Shown here piece by piece: positions 1 to 9,881 of a DNA stretch of 64,000 nucleotides. Source of the stretch: Candidatus Falkowbacteria bacterium RIFOXYA2_FULL_38_12 (GTDB taxonomy: Bacteria; Patescibacteriota; Patescibacteriia; XYB2-FULL-38-15); the NCBI GenBank assembly GCA_001778095.1, contig MFGA01000006.1, forward strand, positions 6,169 through 70,168, read 5' to 3'. The notes below the pieces were generated by a model. It worked only from the letters and a program-made list of their open reading frames with translations. It was not told the DNA's origin and did not search any database. Position 1 is the first letter of the stretch, and every line of letters begins with the position of its first letter. The position numbers were made by a program, and so were the translations under genes.

Positions 1-95
1 ATATCGCACCAAATGGGGAATTACTTTTTTTTATTCCTTTTTCAGCTTCATCCATGGCGCGCCGGATTAAATTTTCCTTAGTTTGTTTATTCATA
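1..95 (-). CDS. Partial CDS (N-terminus only, continues off window start): CMP/dCMP-type deaminase, TadA-like
   Basis: Minus-strand ATG at 95..93. Translation MNKQTKENLIRRAMDEAEKGIKKSNSPFGAI resembles the N-terminus of tRNA adenosine / cytidine deaminases. Under 60 aa in the window, so absent from the ORF track. Confidence 0.4.
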
Positions 96-154
96 TGCGA
101 AAGAGGAAGAAATAAATTGTATTTTAATCAAGGAGATTTTTAAATTATTTCGCC

Positions 155-350
155 CAACGGCTTCGGAATAAACGAAGTGGCCGAAGGGATTTCGTAGCGA
201 AGCGGAGAAATGCCGAGAGGCCATTTCGTGTATTCCGTGTTATGCGATGTCGCGACCGAAGGGAGCGACGAGCATAACCGGAATTATTTCCGAAGCCGTT
301 ATGGCGAAAAAGGAGCGACCGAAGGGAGCGATTTCGCCATAACTAGTTAA
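155..350. repeat. Array of three hairpins sharing a CCGAAGGGA loop, nested in a 20-bp long-range inverted repeat
   Basis: Inverted repeat cgcccaacggcttcggaataaa (155-177) pairs with ttatttccgaagccgttatggcg (282-304). Hairpin stems acgaa/ttcgt, gtcgc/gcgac and ggcgaaa/tttcgcc each enclose CCGAAGGGA. Confidence 0.4.
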
Positions 351-409
351 TATGCGAAGTGTTTGCGTATAATATACACAATATTGTATATTATACGAAC
401 TTTCTATTT

Positions 410-1504
410 TCAAACCTGAAACCTAATCTCCACTATATCACCATCCCTCACAACATATTCTTTCCCCTCAATCCTTATCAACCCTTTTTCTTTGGCGCCC
501 GCGTCTCCGCCGGCATCAATCAGGTCTTTCCAGTTGATGACTTCGGCGCGGATAAATCCTTTCTCAAAATCGGTGTGGATCTTGCCGGCAGCCTGTGGCG
601 CGAGTAATCCCTTTTCTAGCGTCCAGGCGTGCGCTTCTTTTGGTCCGGCGGTGAAAAAAGTTATCAAATTAAGCTCGGCGTAGCTTGCTTTAATCAATTG
701 ATCCAAGCCGGATTCTTCCACTCCCAGCTCTTTAAGATAATTTGTCGCCTCGTCTTTTCCCAGTTCGGCAAGTTCGGACTCAATTTTCGCTGAAATTAAA
801 ACAACTTTCTCCGGATTTAGTTTTAAACTAAATTTTTCCAATATTTTTTCTTTTTTCTCGGCAATATCACCTTCCAAAACATTTAAAATATACAAAATCG
901 GTTTTATGGTTAAAAAATTACAATCTTGAATTAATTTTTTTTCATCAATATCCAAATTCAAATCTCTAATAGCCGTCCCCTTTTCCAAATTTTCTTTAAT
1001 TTTTAAAAGCAGCTCATTGGTTTTTACAATATTTTTATCTTTGGAACTTTTTAATTGCCGAGAGAGGCTTTCAATTCTTTTTTGCACGGTTTCAAGATCG
1101 GCAAAAATCAACTCCAAATTAATTGTTTCCAGATCCGAAGCCGGATTTATTTTTCCGTCAACGTGAATTATATTTTCGTCCTCAAAAGCTCTTAATACTT
1201 GGCAGATGGCGTCAGTTTCCCGAATATGGGACAAAAATTTATTGCCCAAACCCTGCCCCTCATGCGCGCCCTTTACCAAGCCGGCAATATCAAAAAATTC
1301 TATAATCGTCGGGACGATTTTCGGGGAATTATAGAATTCAGTTAATTTTTCCAATCTAAAATCGGGCACAGCGACCGTGCCGACATTGGGCTCAATGGTA
1401 CAAAACGGATAATTGGCAATATCCACTTGTTTTTTGGTGAGAGCCTTGAAAATGGTTGATTTGCCAACATTAGGAAGACCGACGATAGCGACTTTGAAGG
1501 ACAT
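410..1504 (-). CDS. ychF: Ribosome-binding ATPase YchF (Obg-family GTPase)
   Basis: 364 aa. G1 motif GLPNVGKST, TGS-like C-terminal domain, typical YchF length. Confidence 0.9.
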   Translation of the reverse strand: MSFKVAIVGLPNVGKSTIFKALTKKQVDIANYPFCTIEPNVGTVAVPDFRLEKLTEFYNSPKIVPTIIEFFDIAGLVKGAHEGQGLGNKFLSHIRETDAICQVLRAFEDENIIHVDGKINPASDLETINLELIFADLETVQKRIESLSRQLKSSKDKNIVKTNELLLKIKENLEKGTAIRDLNLDIDEKKLIQDCNFLTIKPILYILNVLEGDIAEKKEKILEKFSLKLNPEKVVLISAKIESELAELGKDEATNYLKELGVEESGLDQLIKASYAELNLITFFTAGPKEAHAWTLEKGLLAPQAAGKIHTDFEKGFIRAEVINWKDLIDAGGDAGAKEKGLIRIEGKEYVVRDGDIVEIRFQV

Positions 1505-1597
1505 AGGTTGTAAAACGTCTCAACGAGAGGCGTCTTTTAAGATTATTTTTTTACTAAATAATTCGTTTGTTTCGAAAAGCTATTCCGGATGCTGTTT

Positions 1598-1813
1598 TTA
1601 AATACTTTTCAAAATCCAAAGCCTTTTTCTTTTCATAAAATGCGCAATAAAAAAGTATTTTCCATGGTTTGAATTTTTTGTATAAAAGGAGTCTCCTTTA
1701 TTATGCTCAGCTAATCTATTTTTAAGATTTTCAGAAAAATCCACGTAAATTTTACTCGGGAAATTTAAGCTCTGAATTATGTAAACGTAATACATTTGTG
1801 GTGGCCGTGCCAT
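1598..1813 (-). CDS. Small GIY-YIG nuclease-domain protein
   Basis: 71 aa. YYVYIIQS...YVDFSENLKNRLAEHN matches the GIY-YIG core (URI domain). Confidence 0.6.
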   Translation of the reverse strand: MARPPQMYYVYIIQSLNFPSKIYVDFSENLKNRLAEHNKGDSFYTKNSNHGKYFFIAHFMKRKRLWILKSI

Positions 1814-1911
1814 TTGAAGCTCGCGTTATCAAAAAACAGAGAAGAGAAAATTTACTTTGTCCTCCTTCGCTAAGGCTACGGAGGACATTTTTCACTCTAG
1901 CGAGCGAAAAA

Positions 1912-1982
1912 TGGACCCACGGGGAATCGAACCCCGAACTAATCCATGCCATGGATTCGTAATGCCACTTTACTATGGGCCC
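1912..1982 (-). tRNA. tRNA-Ala(GGC)
   Basis: Manual cloverleaf: acceptor GGGCCCA/TGGGTCC with G3:U70, anticodon loop ATGGCAT, T-arm CGGGG-TTCGATT-CCCCG, discriminator A, no encoded CCA. 71 nt. Confidence 0.8.
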
Positions 1983-2072
1983 AAGCGACCGAGTTTAGCT
2001 CGGTAAACTTATCTTATATTAAGAATATTTTGCTAAATAGTCAAATATCAGTTATAAAAAAGATCTTAATGA

Positions 2073-2930
2073 CTATTTTTTATTTTTTCCTTTTATTCTT
2101 TTTACGTTTTCGGGTGTTGTTAAGTAATTTTCTTTTGAAATAACTTTTCCACCTGATTCGAGTTCAAGTTTTTGTCTGGCGTCGCCAGCGATTTTCCCGC
2201 CTTTTTGGGCGGCTATCTTATTTTCAATAAAACCATTAGCGTTTCTGTCTCGGGTTATTTTAGTAGTTGACGCTTCGCCAAGCATTGAAAAAATCAACTC
2301 AAGGTCATTCATGTGATCGCGCAAATTTTCTCTCTTCAGATTTTTGTGTTTCTTGTATTGACTTGGCATCATTCCGAAAGTAGCTTTGGAAATTTCAGCG
2401 GTTAATATTTCAAATTCTTTTTGCTCCTTAATTTCACGTTTTTTCCACTCGTCGGTTAACTCTTCTCGAATAGCAATTCCTCGCATCCTTTTCTCTATCC
2501 AATCGTCGGAATACCCCTTCAGCTTATAAAGCATTCTTGTTCTTTTCGTCGCCAATTCAGGATTTTCTATTTCTTGCACCCGTTCATATCCGATTTTAGC
2601 CAGCCAACGTTTAAATGGTTCGGCGTTTGGTGATGGAATGGATTGGATAATGCGAAACATAGTTTCCGTGTCTGCGCAGTCGGTTTTATAATATTTTCCA
2701 TCATTAGCCATTAATTTCAGTTGTCCGATTTTTTCGGACACCTCAGCGTAGCCTTCAGTAGTCAGTTTTTTCTTTAAATCCCCCCAGTATTTTCTCGGCC
2801 TGTCTGTGCCAGTCAAAGCCTCAATTACATCAATAATCGAAAACCACCATTCTTTTTGAAAAATAGTTTTTCTGATAGATTTGCCCTTGAAAATAGCAAT
2901 GTGATTTGTAGGATTTGGATTTTTTTTCAT
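2073..2930 (-). CDS. Bro-N domain protein / DNA-damage-inducible protein D-like (phage antirepressor family)
   Basis: 285 aa. N-terminal WWFSIIDVIEALTG region matches the Bro-N fold. Overall resembles DinD. Confidence 0.55.
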   Translation of the reverse strand: MKKNPNPTNHIAIFKGKSIRKTIFQKEWWFSIIDVIEALTGTDRPRKYWGDLKKKLTTEGYAEVSEKIGQLKLMANDGKYYKTDCADTETMFRIIQSIPSPNAEPFKRWLAKIGYERVQEIENPELATKRTRMLYKLKGYSDDWIEKRMRGIAIREELTDEWKKREIKEQKEFEILTAEISKATFGMMPSQYKKHKNLKRENLRDHMNDLELIFSMLGEASTTKITRDRNANGFIENKIAAQKGGKIAGDARQKLELESGGKVISKENYLTTPENVKRIKGKNKK

Positions 2931-2933
2931 AAT

Positions 2934-5255
2934 CTACGGCAACGGTGTCGGAATTGGCGCCGGGTTTTCAACAATCTTGTTTTCCAGCATTTCCAGCTTA
3001 TCGTTTACTGTTTTGTTTTCAGGATCTTCTCTTAATATCTTTCTTAATTCTTTAATCGCCAGACTTTTTTCTCCTTGCTCTTCATAAATCGCCGCTAAAT
3101 ACCAATGAGCATTGGCAAATTTAGGTTCAAGTTCCAATGTTCTTTTTAGTTCAGCGATAGCTTTGTCTGTTTCTTTGTTTTGATGATAGAGCAATCCAAG
3201 CTGGAAGGAAATTCCCAAATCGCTTGGTAAGCTATAACGCATGGCTTCAAGTTTTGCGATGGCTTCTTTTGTTTTTCCTTGGCGACTAAAAACTAAAGAT
3301 AATTGAAAATGGGCCGGGACATAGTCGCTTTTTAGTTCAATGGCTTTATTGAATTGCTCTTCGGCTTTTGTCAGATTTTCTCTTACTTCTGATTGAACTT
3401 CATTTTTTGGTCTTTCTCCACTATTCCCTAAAATTAAATCAGCAATGGTAATATAGGTTTTGCCCAGCTCGTTATAAAAAACAGGATTATTCGGTTCCAG
3501 TTCTATCGCTTTTTTCCAGGAATCAATGGCCCAACCACCGGCTCCGTCAATAAAAGGCATTACGGTTTGATAGACAGAAGCGAGAACACTCCAGTTAGTT
3601 GAACTTTGCGGGCTAAGAGCTATCGCTTTTTTTGCCGAATTTAAACTTAGGGCTGTTAGATTCTCCACCTTTTTCGCTCTTTCTTCTGTTGCCTCAAGGC
3701 TTATCTCATTGCCAATTGAAAGAAGAAGACTCTGGGCAAAGTTTTTAAAGTAAATATCATTCCAGCGATTTTTGGCGACAGCAATATTAAAGTATTTGCT
3801 CACTTCTTCAACGGCGCCTCCATCATTACTGATTGCTAAAGCTTTTTTTGAAGCAAGGTCTGCCATGTAGCGTTGACCGACAAGATAAAAAACGGAGATG
3901 GAGAGAATAATGCTTAGTGACAAGAGAAAGGATAAAACCAAAGAGGTGCGAGGGTCTTGCCTTAATGATGTTTCCCAAAATTTATGAGAAATGGAAACAA
4001 CTATCAAGGCGGAGAGAAGCCAAAAAGAAAATTCCAGAGTTAGATTTGATGAATAGAGAAATTTAGCCACCAAAAGCAGGAACCATGACGAAGCGACAGC
4101 TAATTCCATTGGCCAAAAATCACCCTTTTCTTTGATTAAATCCGTTAATGATTTTCCTCCCAAAAAGAGAATCATAAATATCCACGATAAAAATCCGATA
4201 AGTCCGATAGTGGCCAGGGTAGTGATTACTTTTGAAGAAGACTGGTCAAATTTTATATTCCAAAGAGGTGTTTTATTGATATCCGCCGGTTTAAATTCAT
4301 TATAGTCAAAAACAAAAGTGCCGGGCCCGGAACCAAAGAAAGGGTTTTTTTCCAAAGTTTTTTGCGCTACTTGGGCGCTCAAGGAAAAAGACGGGGTGAT
4401 TTCCGCCGGTAAATTTAAATTAAGAGGCGTTCGAATGAAAAAGAAAATAACCCCGATTAAAAGGGCGATCGCCGGTAAAATTGACCAAGATAAATTTTTT
4501 ATTTCCGGGGCTTTTATGACTATAAAAGCAAGGGTGAAAGCTGTGCCGATAACAAGGCTCGCCCAAGCCATTCGCGAGTCAATGGCTAGCAGTAAAAAGA
4601 TATTCAAGAGAGATAATATTGTGAGAAAAATATTTTGTAATATTGTGGAAGGTTCTTTTAGTTGAAGGGTGGCGTGCGTTTTGAAAAGCATAGCGGAAGC
4701 CAAGACAAAACCCAAGGCTGAAAAAATTCCCAAAGCGGTTAAACTGCCAATAGTGTTTCCCGTCCAGTTTGGCGCGAGGCTCGCCGGCAGTAATCCCAAG
4801 ATTCCGAATAAAGAAAAGATGGAAGTTAAAAAAGAGCCGACAAGGAAAGCGTAGATTATTTTTTTTATTTCTTTCAATTCATCAATATTGTTGATGATAA
4901 TAAAATAAAAAATAATAAAGCAAAATAGAGTCAGAAAAGAATCTTTTTCTACTCCGGAGGAGCCGACAAAACCTCTGAATCTATCGCTTCCCAAGAGCGT
5001 CGAGAGAAAATAAACTCCCAAATAGATAATCGCCAATAAATTAAAAAAACTTTTTCGCCAAATAACTTTTTTGGAAGCGATCATTTTCCCCAGCCAAGCC
5101 AATCCGGCAATAAGGGTGAGAATGACTAAAAGATTTTGCTTATTAAACTCAAGCATTTCCAGAGTGAAGGGAAGAAAAAAGATCGGGAGAAAAATTAAGA
5201 GAGCATAAAGACAAGTTTTAATAATTTTTCCGCACACGTTGGCGAGAGTAGGCAT
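2934..5255 (-). CDS. Polytopic membrane protein with O-antigen-ligase-like (Wzy_C-type) core and C-terminal TPR repeats
   Basis: 773 aa. About 10 predicted TM helices in the N-terminal 450 aa. C-terminal ~300 aa has TPR-like repeats (ELEPNNPVFYNELGKTY..., AIELKSDYVPAHFQLSLVF...). Confidence 0.55.
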   Translation of the reverse strand: MPTLANVCGKIIKTCLYALLIFLPIFFLPFTLEMLEFNKQNLLVILTLIAGLAWLGKMIASKKVIWRKSFFNLLAIIYLGVYFLSTLLGSDRFRGFVGSSGVEKDSFLTLFCFIIFYFIIINNIDELKEIKKIIYAFLVGSFLTSIFSLFGILGLLPASLAPNWTGNTIGSLTALGIFSALGFVLASAMLFKTHATLQLKEPSTILQNIFLTILSLLNIFLLLAIDSRMAWASLVIGTAFTLAFIVIKAPEIKNLSWSILPAIALLIGVIFFFIRTPLNLNLPAEITPSFSLSAQVAQKTLEKNPFFGSGPGTFVFDYNEFKPADINKTPLWNIKFDQSSSKVITTLATIGLIGFLSWIFMILFLGGKSLTDLIKEKGDFWPMELAVASSWFLLLVAKFLYSSNLTLEFSFWLLSALIVVSISHKFWETSLRQDPRTSLVLSFLLSLSIILSISVFYLVGQRYMADLASKKALAISNDGGAVEEVSKYFNIAVAKNRWNDIYFKNFAQSLLLSIGNEISLEATEERAKKVENLTALSLNSAKKAIALSPQSSTNWSVLASVYQTVMPFIDGAGGWAIDSWKKAIELEPNNPVFYNELGKTYITIADLILGNSGERPKNEVQSEVRENLTKAEEQFNKAIELKSDYVPAHFQLSLVFSRQGKTKEAIAKLEAMRYSLPSDLGISFQLGLLYHQNKETDKAIAELKRTLELEPKFANAHWYLAAIYEEQGEKSLAIKELRKILREDPENKTVNDKLEMLENKIVENPAPIPTPLP

Positions 5256-5294
5256 AAAAATAAAATTATTTTAGATTTAGGGAGTATTTTACGA

Positions 5295-5398
5295 GTCATT
5301 CTGAGCGGAGCGACCCCGCAAAAGGCGGGGCGCGTATGCGGGCTAGAAAAGAATATCGCTCGCATTCGCGAGAGATCCTTCACTGCGTTCAGGATGAC
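5295..5398. repeat. Hairpin repeat family A copy 1 (GTCATTCTGAGCGGAGCGA...TCAGGATGAC)
   Basis: Imperfect terminal inverted repeats, about 104 nt. Five near-identical copies elsewhere in the window. ORF-track ORF 5195..5383 is repeat-derived. Confidence 0.8.
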
Positions 5399-5568
5399 GA
5401 CTCATGTGGCAAGTTTTGAGAAGAGACTATTACTTTTTATTTTATTATACCATAATTATAAAAAAATATTTTTCATATACAACAATCCCTCGCTGGTTGC
5501 GAGGGATTGTACTTATCACAGTTGTGTCCCGTACCCAGAGATACAACTGATCTGATAATGCGAATTAA

Positions 5569-8500
5569 TTATTCCGCTGCGGGAGCTGATTCTGCCGGTG
5601 CTTCCGGGGCTGGGGCCGGCGCCTCTACTACTGGCGAAGGAGCTACTTCTTCCGACGCTTCTACCGCGGGTGCCTCTGGAGCTACGGGAGGAGCTTCTGC
5701 CGGAGGTTCGTCGCCATCGGTAGGAGCAGGCTCGACTGCCGGCGCTTCCGGTTCCGATTCAGCCGGGGCGGGAGATTCTGCTGGCGAGGCTTCGGCTGGA
5801 GGCGATTCAACACTTGGCGCCGGAGCCGGTTCTGCCTGAGGAGTAACGGGATCATCATAGCCACTGCGTCTGGCAATTACCAACCAATCAAAAGATGAAT
5901 TGGACATGCCGCCATTTAATTCTTTTATCTTAAAACTGGTTTGAGTTTTTTCCGCGATATAAATTCCGTTTCCTGCTTCCGTTAAAGTTATCATCACCTT
6001 AAGAGGTGTTTTGTCGGAAATATTTTTTACAAAATTTTCATCAACCTCACTTAAGTCAATTATCTTTTCTCCATTTTGCAGTTTTCCCGAACCGGAAAGA
6101 GTCAGCTCAACATCAGTAGAGGTAAGACCAAACATTTCTTTATCAAAACCGTTGTTAGTTAAATTAATTTTCAAAACTCCATTCTCGTCTATACTCCATC
6201 TATTATTAATGCCGGCAATTTTTTTGATATTTAAAATTGAAAAATTATTAGCATCCAAATCGCCGGTTAGTTTTTCCAAGGTGAGGACTTCGCCACTTCC
6301 CGGGTCGGTTTCACTGGACCAATCAATACTCACAAAAGCGATAATTGTTCCGGAAGGTTCATTGAAAGGTTCAAGGGCTAAACCAATATATGGAGCATGG
6401 TCTGCTTTCATAGCAACCCCGGGAGTGCTTGAGCTTGTTAATTTGTCTCCGCGAATAATTGGGCCGTTTTCATTGGAAATTTTAACGGGAACACGACCAG
6501 CAAGAGCGACGGGGTAAAGGTCGGGGAGACTTGATCTTCCAAGAGTCATACCAGGTTTTGTGGAAACTATTCCCATAACCGTATTATCGTTAGCTATTTT
6601 GGATTTTATTACTTTTTCATTATTATTTGGATCAATACTAACAACATCGCCCGGTTCTAAATTTTCAGAAGAAGAATAATTTTCGGCTAAGTCGATTTCG
6701 GTGATAGCTAGAGCTTCGGCATAGATAGTTCCAGCTGATGCGGCAGTAAGGCAGGTCGGTGTACCATCATCAACGCACAGTGATCCCTCTATAACAAGTT
6801 CATTCGGTGAATCGTCATTAACATCACCAGGATCATTGTAAGGAGTTCGGCCAATATTTGCGCGATTAGCATAAAGACCAAGTCCGCCGGTGAAATATCC
6901 GGCGTAGCCATTGCTAGAAGCGGTAGTAGAATATATACCATAATTAAGTTGATCGTTGTTTCCTGCATCAGTTGCCGTAAAATATCCCGCTGTTGCAGTT
7001 GCTCCTGGAGCGATAAAGTAGCCAGCCGTACCAGTACCAGAGGTAACCGAAGAGTAAATACCGTAATTAGTTCCAGCAGCTCCAGTAGCTTCCGTATAGA
7101 TGCCATAAGCAACTCCTGCACTTCCAGTTGCGGAAAATTTTGCTCCATAACCTGTATCAGAAGCCGAAGTTCCATATATGGCGTAATTGGTTCCAGTTGC
7201 TCCGGTTGCAACAGCATGAAGAGCATAAGTAGTCCCCCCAGATCCAGATGCAACAAAATATCCAGCTTTACCGTTGTCAGAATATGATCGAGCGGAAATA
7301 GCCAAAGAAATAGAATCAATATTGTCCGTATCTGTCGCTTCAAAAAATCCTGCAGTAGCATTACTACCACTGGCAACAAAATGCCCACCAACGCCGACGT
7401 GAGAAGCGTTAGAAACATTTATTCCGTAGTTAGTTCCTTCGTTAGCCGTGCTAGCAGCCTCAAAGCGTCCAGCAGTTCCGTTAAAAGAAGAAGTTTTTGC
7501 ATAAATACCGTAGTTTACTCCGTTTGTTGCATCTGTTTCTTCAAAATAACCTGCGTACCCGGTTGCTCCCGACGCAACAAAATATCCTCCGTAGCCAGAA
7601 GCATTTGAATTAACCGCATTTATTGTTCTTGTATCAGTTCCGGCGCCAAGAATATCAAGAGTATAATTATCTGTTGGAGATCTTCCTATTCCGATATGGT
7701 TTCCTGTCACTCCGTCAACATAGAGGGTTGTTCCGTCAACGATAAAATCGTCATCAACCGTGAGATTGTGCCCATCATGGATAGTTACGTTTCCTGCTGG
7801 ATGTAAATCAAGATCCCCCCCGCTTGTGGTGATGGAGTTTGTTCCGTAATTTGTTGTGGCTCCAGCCAAAAAGGCAGTGTCCGTGTAGACACCAAGGCCT
7901 CCCGTAAAATATCCGGAATAACCAGAGGCAGATGAAGTTAAGCCGTACACTCCGAAATTAGCTCCGTTTCCTGTTGCAGAGCCATATATTCCATAGTTTG
8001 CTCCTGTCCCCGAAGAAACACTGTAAATTCCGTAAGTCACTCCAGTTCCCGAAGCAGTAAAATATCCGGCAGTACCGGCCGCTGTTGTGTTCAAAGCATT
8101 AATCGTTCTTGTGTCCGCTGATGCTCCAGAAGTAACGTCAAGGGAATAGGTATTAGTTGGGTCGGTGTTTATTCCGATTCTTTCCGTAGTAGTATTAACA
8201 TAAAGAGTATTTCCATCTATAAGAAGATTATGAGCATTAGGAATAGTTACATCAGCAAAAGGGTGTAAATCAAGATTTGCCGCGCTTGTGGTGATGGAGT
8301 TTGCTCCGTAAGTCGTGGCATTCCCAGCAATAAAAGAAGTCTCGGCATAGACACTTCCGCCAACGCCAAGAAGGTCGGCGACGTAAGCATCGTTGCCGGA
8401 AAGAGTGAACCCGGCATTGGTTATACTTTCAGAACTTGCGCCAATCCAAAGATCATCATTGACATATAACCCTTTTCCTCCAGAAAAATATCCGGCGTAA

Positions 8501-9774
8501 CCGGCCGCAGAAGCTGTAATGCTATAAATACCATAATTAATACCAACGGCATCTGTTGCCGTAAAATACCCCGCATACCCAGTCGCCGAAGTATTAGATC
8601 CATACACACCATAAGTTGCTCCGGTAGCGCCAGTCTTTTCAAAATATCCTGCTGCCGCGCCGGCGGTGGTAGAAGCCGCAGTTCCGTAAACACCATAATT
8701 AGTCCCTGTCGCTCCGCTCGCATTAGCATAAATTCCATACGCCGCCGTAGTTCCCGAAGAAGCAAAGTATCCGGCATAACCCGAGGCTTGAGCATTTTCA
8801 GAATTGATTGTTCGGGAATCAGTTGAAACAACATCTAACCCATAAGACGGGGTGTCATTATTAATACCGACTCTATTATCTCCGGCGCTAACATAGAGAA
8901 CACTGGTATCTACAATAAAGTTATCGTCAGTAATAAAGACATCACCTCCGGCAGGGTTTAAAGTAAAATCAACCGCTCCGGTTGTTGTGATTGAACTTGT
9001 TCCATAAGTTGTGGCGTTGCCAGCAATAAAAGAGGTGTCGGTGTAAATAGTTCCTTCAACGCCAAGAGTGCCCGCGATAAAAGCGTCATCTCCATCCAAA
9101 GAAAATGCATTGCTAAGAGTCTCGGCATTGGCGCCTAAATATAGATTGCTATTAATATAAGCTGTTAAAGTTAAAGTATCCGTGTTAGCGTCGCCCAAAG
9201 ACCATGATCCGGCAACTGTTTCGTCTTGTGCTAGTCGGCCAAAGGCGGATTCATCCAAATCGTCAAGCATATCCGCGTTAAAAGAATATAAAGACGCGCC
9301 AATCCTTTTTCTTGGTGTCATTTCGGCGTCAGCTCCTACCGTAACTCCCAAAAAGTAAGCAGAAGCGGAAAAATTAATACTAATCGCGCAATCGCCAGAT
9401 TCCCCCAGAAGAGTGGAAAAAACTCCGTTGGAAATAGTAACGGATTTTGCGGATGGATTAAATGCCGCGCCACAAGCGTCACTTTCTCTCGCGCTCCAAA
9501 CAACATTTCCTCCGGCGGCGGCATCATAAATGGTGAAAATAATATTGTATGCTCCATCGGCAACCGGAACGCCGGAAGAATCTTGTAGTTTTCCTTGATA
9601 ATTTAATTCTTTATTAACCGCGGCCTTGGCCCATTGAGGCGACCATTGTTTTATCGCCGAAAGAGCAATTATTCCCGCGCTTATTAAAGACAAAACGCCC
9701 AAAATCAAAACCAAGAGAGTGAGGCTCCCCTTATCGCGATTGGTGTATTTGGTTTTTCTGTTTGGCAAGGTCAT
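5569..9774 (-). CDS. Giant secreted/surface repeat protein with Gly/Tyr-rich tandem repeats and Pro/Ala/Glu-rich C-terminal tail
   Basis: Probable start at the second Met (MTLPNRK, 9774), followed by a signal-anchor helix. About 40 degenerate repeats of the YG(I/V)Y...AGYF type. C-terminal about 90 aa are PAPEAPA-like. The first 21 codons of the track ORF (5569..9837) come from repeat family G. Confidence 0.7.
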   Translation of the reverse strand: MTLPNRKTKYTNRDKGSLTLLVLILGVLSLISAGIIALSAIKQWSPQWAKAAVNKELNYQGKLQDSSGVPVADGAYNIIFTIYDAAAGGNVVWSARESDACGAAFNPSAKSVTISNGVFSTLLGESGDCAISINFSASAYFLGVTVGADAEMTPRKRIGASLYSFNADMLDDLDESAFGRLAQDETVAGSWSLGDANTDTLTLTAYINSNLYLGANAETLSNAFSLDGDDAFIAGTLGVEGTIYTDTSFIAGNATTYGTSSITTTGAVDFTLNPAGGDVFITDDNFIVDTSVLYVSAGDNRVGINNDTPSYGLDVVSTDSRTINSENAQASGYAGYFASSGTTAAYGIYANASGATGTNYGVYGTAASTTAGAAAGYFEKTGATGATYGVYGSNTSATGYAGYFTATDAVGINYGIYSITASAAGYAGYFSGGKGLYVNDDLWIGASSESITNAGFTLSGNDAYVADLLGVGGSVYAETSFIAGNATTYGANSITTSAANLDLHPFADVTIPNAHNLLIDGNTLYVNTTTERIGINTDPTNTYSLDVTSGASADTRTINALNTTAAGTAGYFTASGTGVTYGIYSVSSGTGANYGIYGSATGNGANFGVYGLTSSASGYSGYFTGGLGVYTDTAFLAGATTNYGTNSITTSGGDLDLHPAGNVTIHDGHNLTVDDDFIVDGTTLYVDGVTGNHIGIGRSPTDNYTLDILGAGTDTRTINAVNSNASGYGGYFVASGATGYAGYFEETDATNGVNYGIYAKTSSFNGTAGRFEAASTANEGTNYGINVSNASHVGVGGHFVASGSNATAGFFEATDTDNIDSISLAISARSYSDNGKAGYFVASGSGGTTYALHAVATGATGTNYAIYGTSASDTGYGAKFSATGSAGVAYGIYTEATGAAGTNYGIYSSVTSGTGTAGYFIAPGATATAGYFTATDAGNNDQLNYGIYSTTASSNGYAGYFTGGLGLYANRANIGRTPYNDPGDVNDDSPNELVIEGSLCVDDGTPTCLTAASAGTIYAEALAITEIDLAENYSSSENLEPGDVVSIDPNNNEKVIKSKIANDNTVMGIVSTKPGMTLGRSSLPDLYPVALAGRVPVKISNENGPIIRGDKLTSSSTPGVAMKADHAPYIGLALEPFNEPSGTIIAFVSIDWSSETDPGSGEVLTLEKLTGDLDANNFSILNIKKIAGINNRWSIDENGVLKINLTNNGFDKEMFGLTSTDVELTLSGSGKLQNGEKIIDLSEVDENFVKNISDKTPLKVMITLTEAGNGIYIAEKTQTSFKIKELNGGMSNSSFDWLVIARRSGYDDPVTPQAEPAPAPSVESPPAEASPAESPAPAESEPEAPAVEPAPTDGDEPPAEAPPVAPEAPAVEASEEVAPSPVVEAPAPAPEAPAESAPAAE

Positions 9775-9782
9775 AAAAAAGG

Positions 9783-9880
9783 ATTTTCCCCTCCCTTGAG
9801 GGGAGGGGTTAGGGGAGGGTGATATTTGTAGAAACATTTCACCCCCACCTAGCCTCCCCCATCAAGGGGGAGGAATGATA
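9783..9880. repeat. Repeat family G copy 1 (palindromic G/C-rich element, arms CACCCTCCCCTAACCCCTCCCATCAAGGGAGGGG)
   Basis: Two about-35-bp inverted arms separated by about 14 nt. A full copy lies at 32050-32140 and a single arm inside uvrB. Confidence 0.7.
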
Positions 9881-9881
9881 T

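Noticed and set aside
6789-8834. Several 100-200-aa ORFs (6789..7418, 6949..7287, 7381..7608, 8421..8834, 9336..9563) antisense or out of frame within the giant repeat-protein gene
   Set aside because: They lie inside the tandem-repeat DNA of the 1401-aa gene and translate to low-complexity Ser/Cys/Leu strings. These are shadow ORFs.
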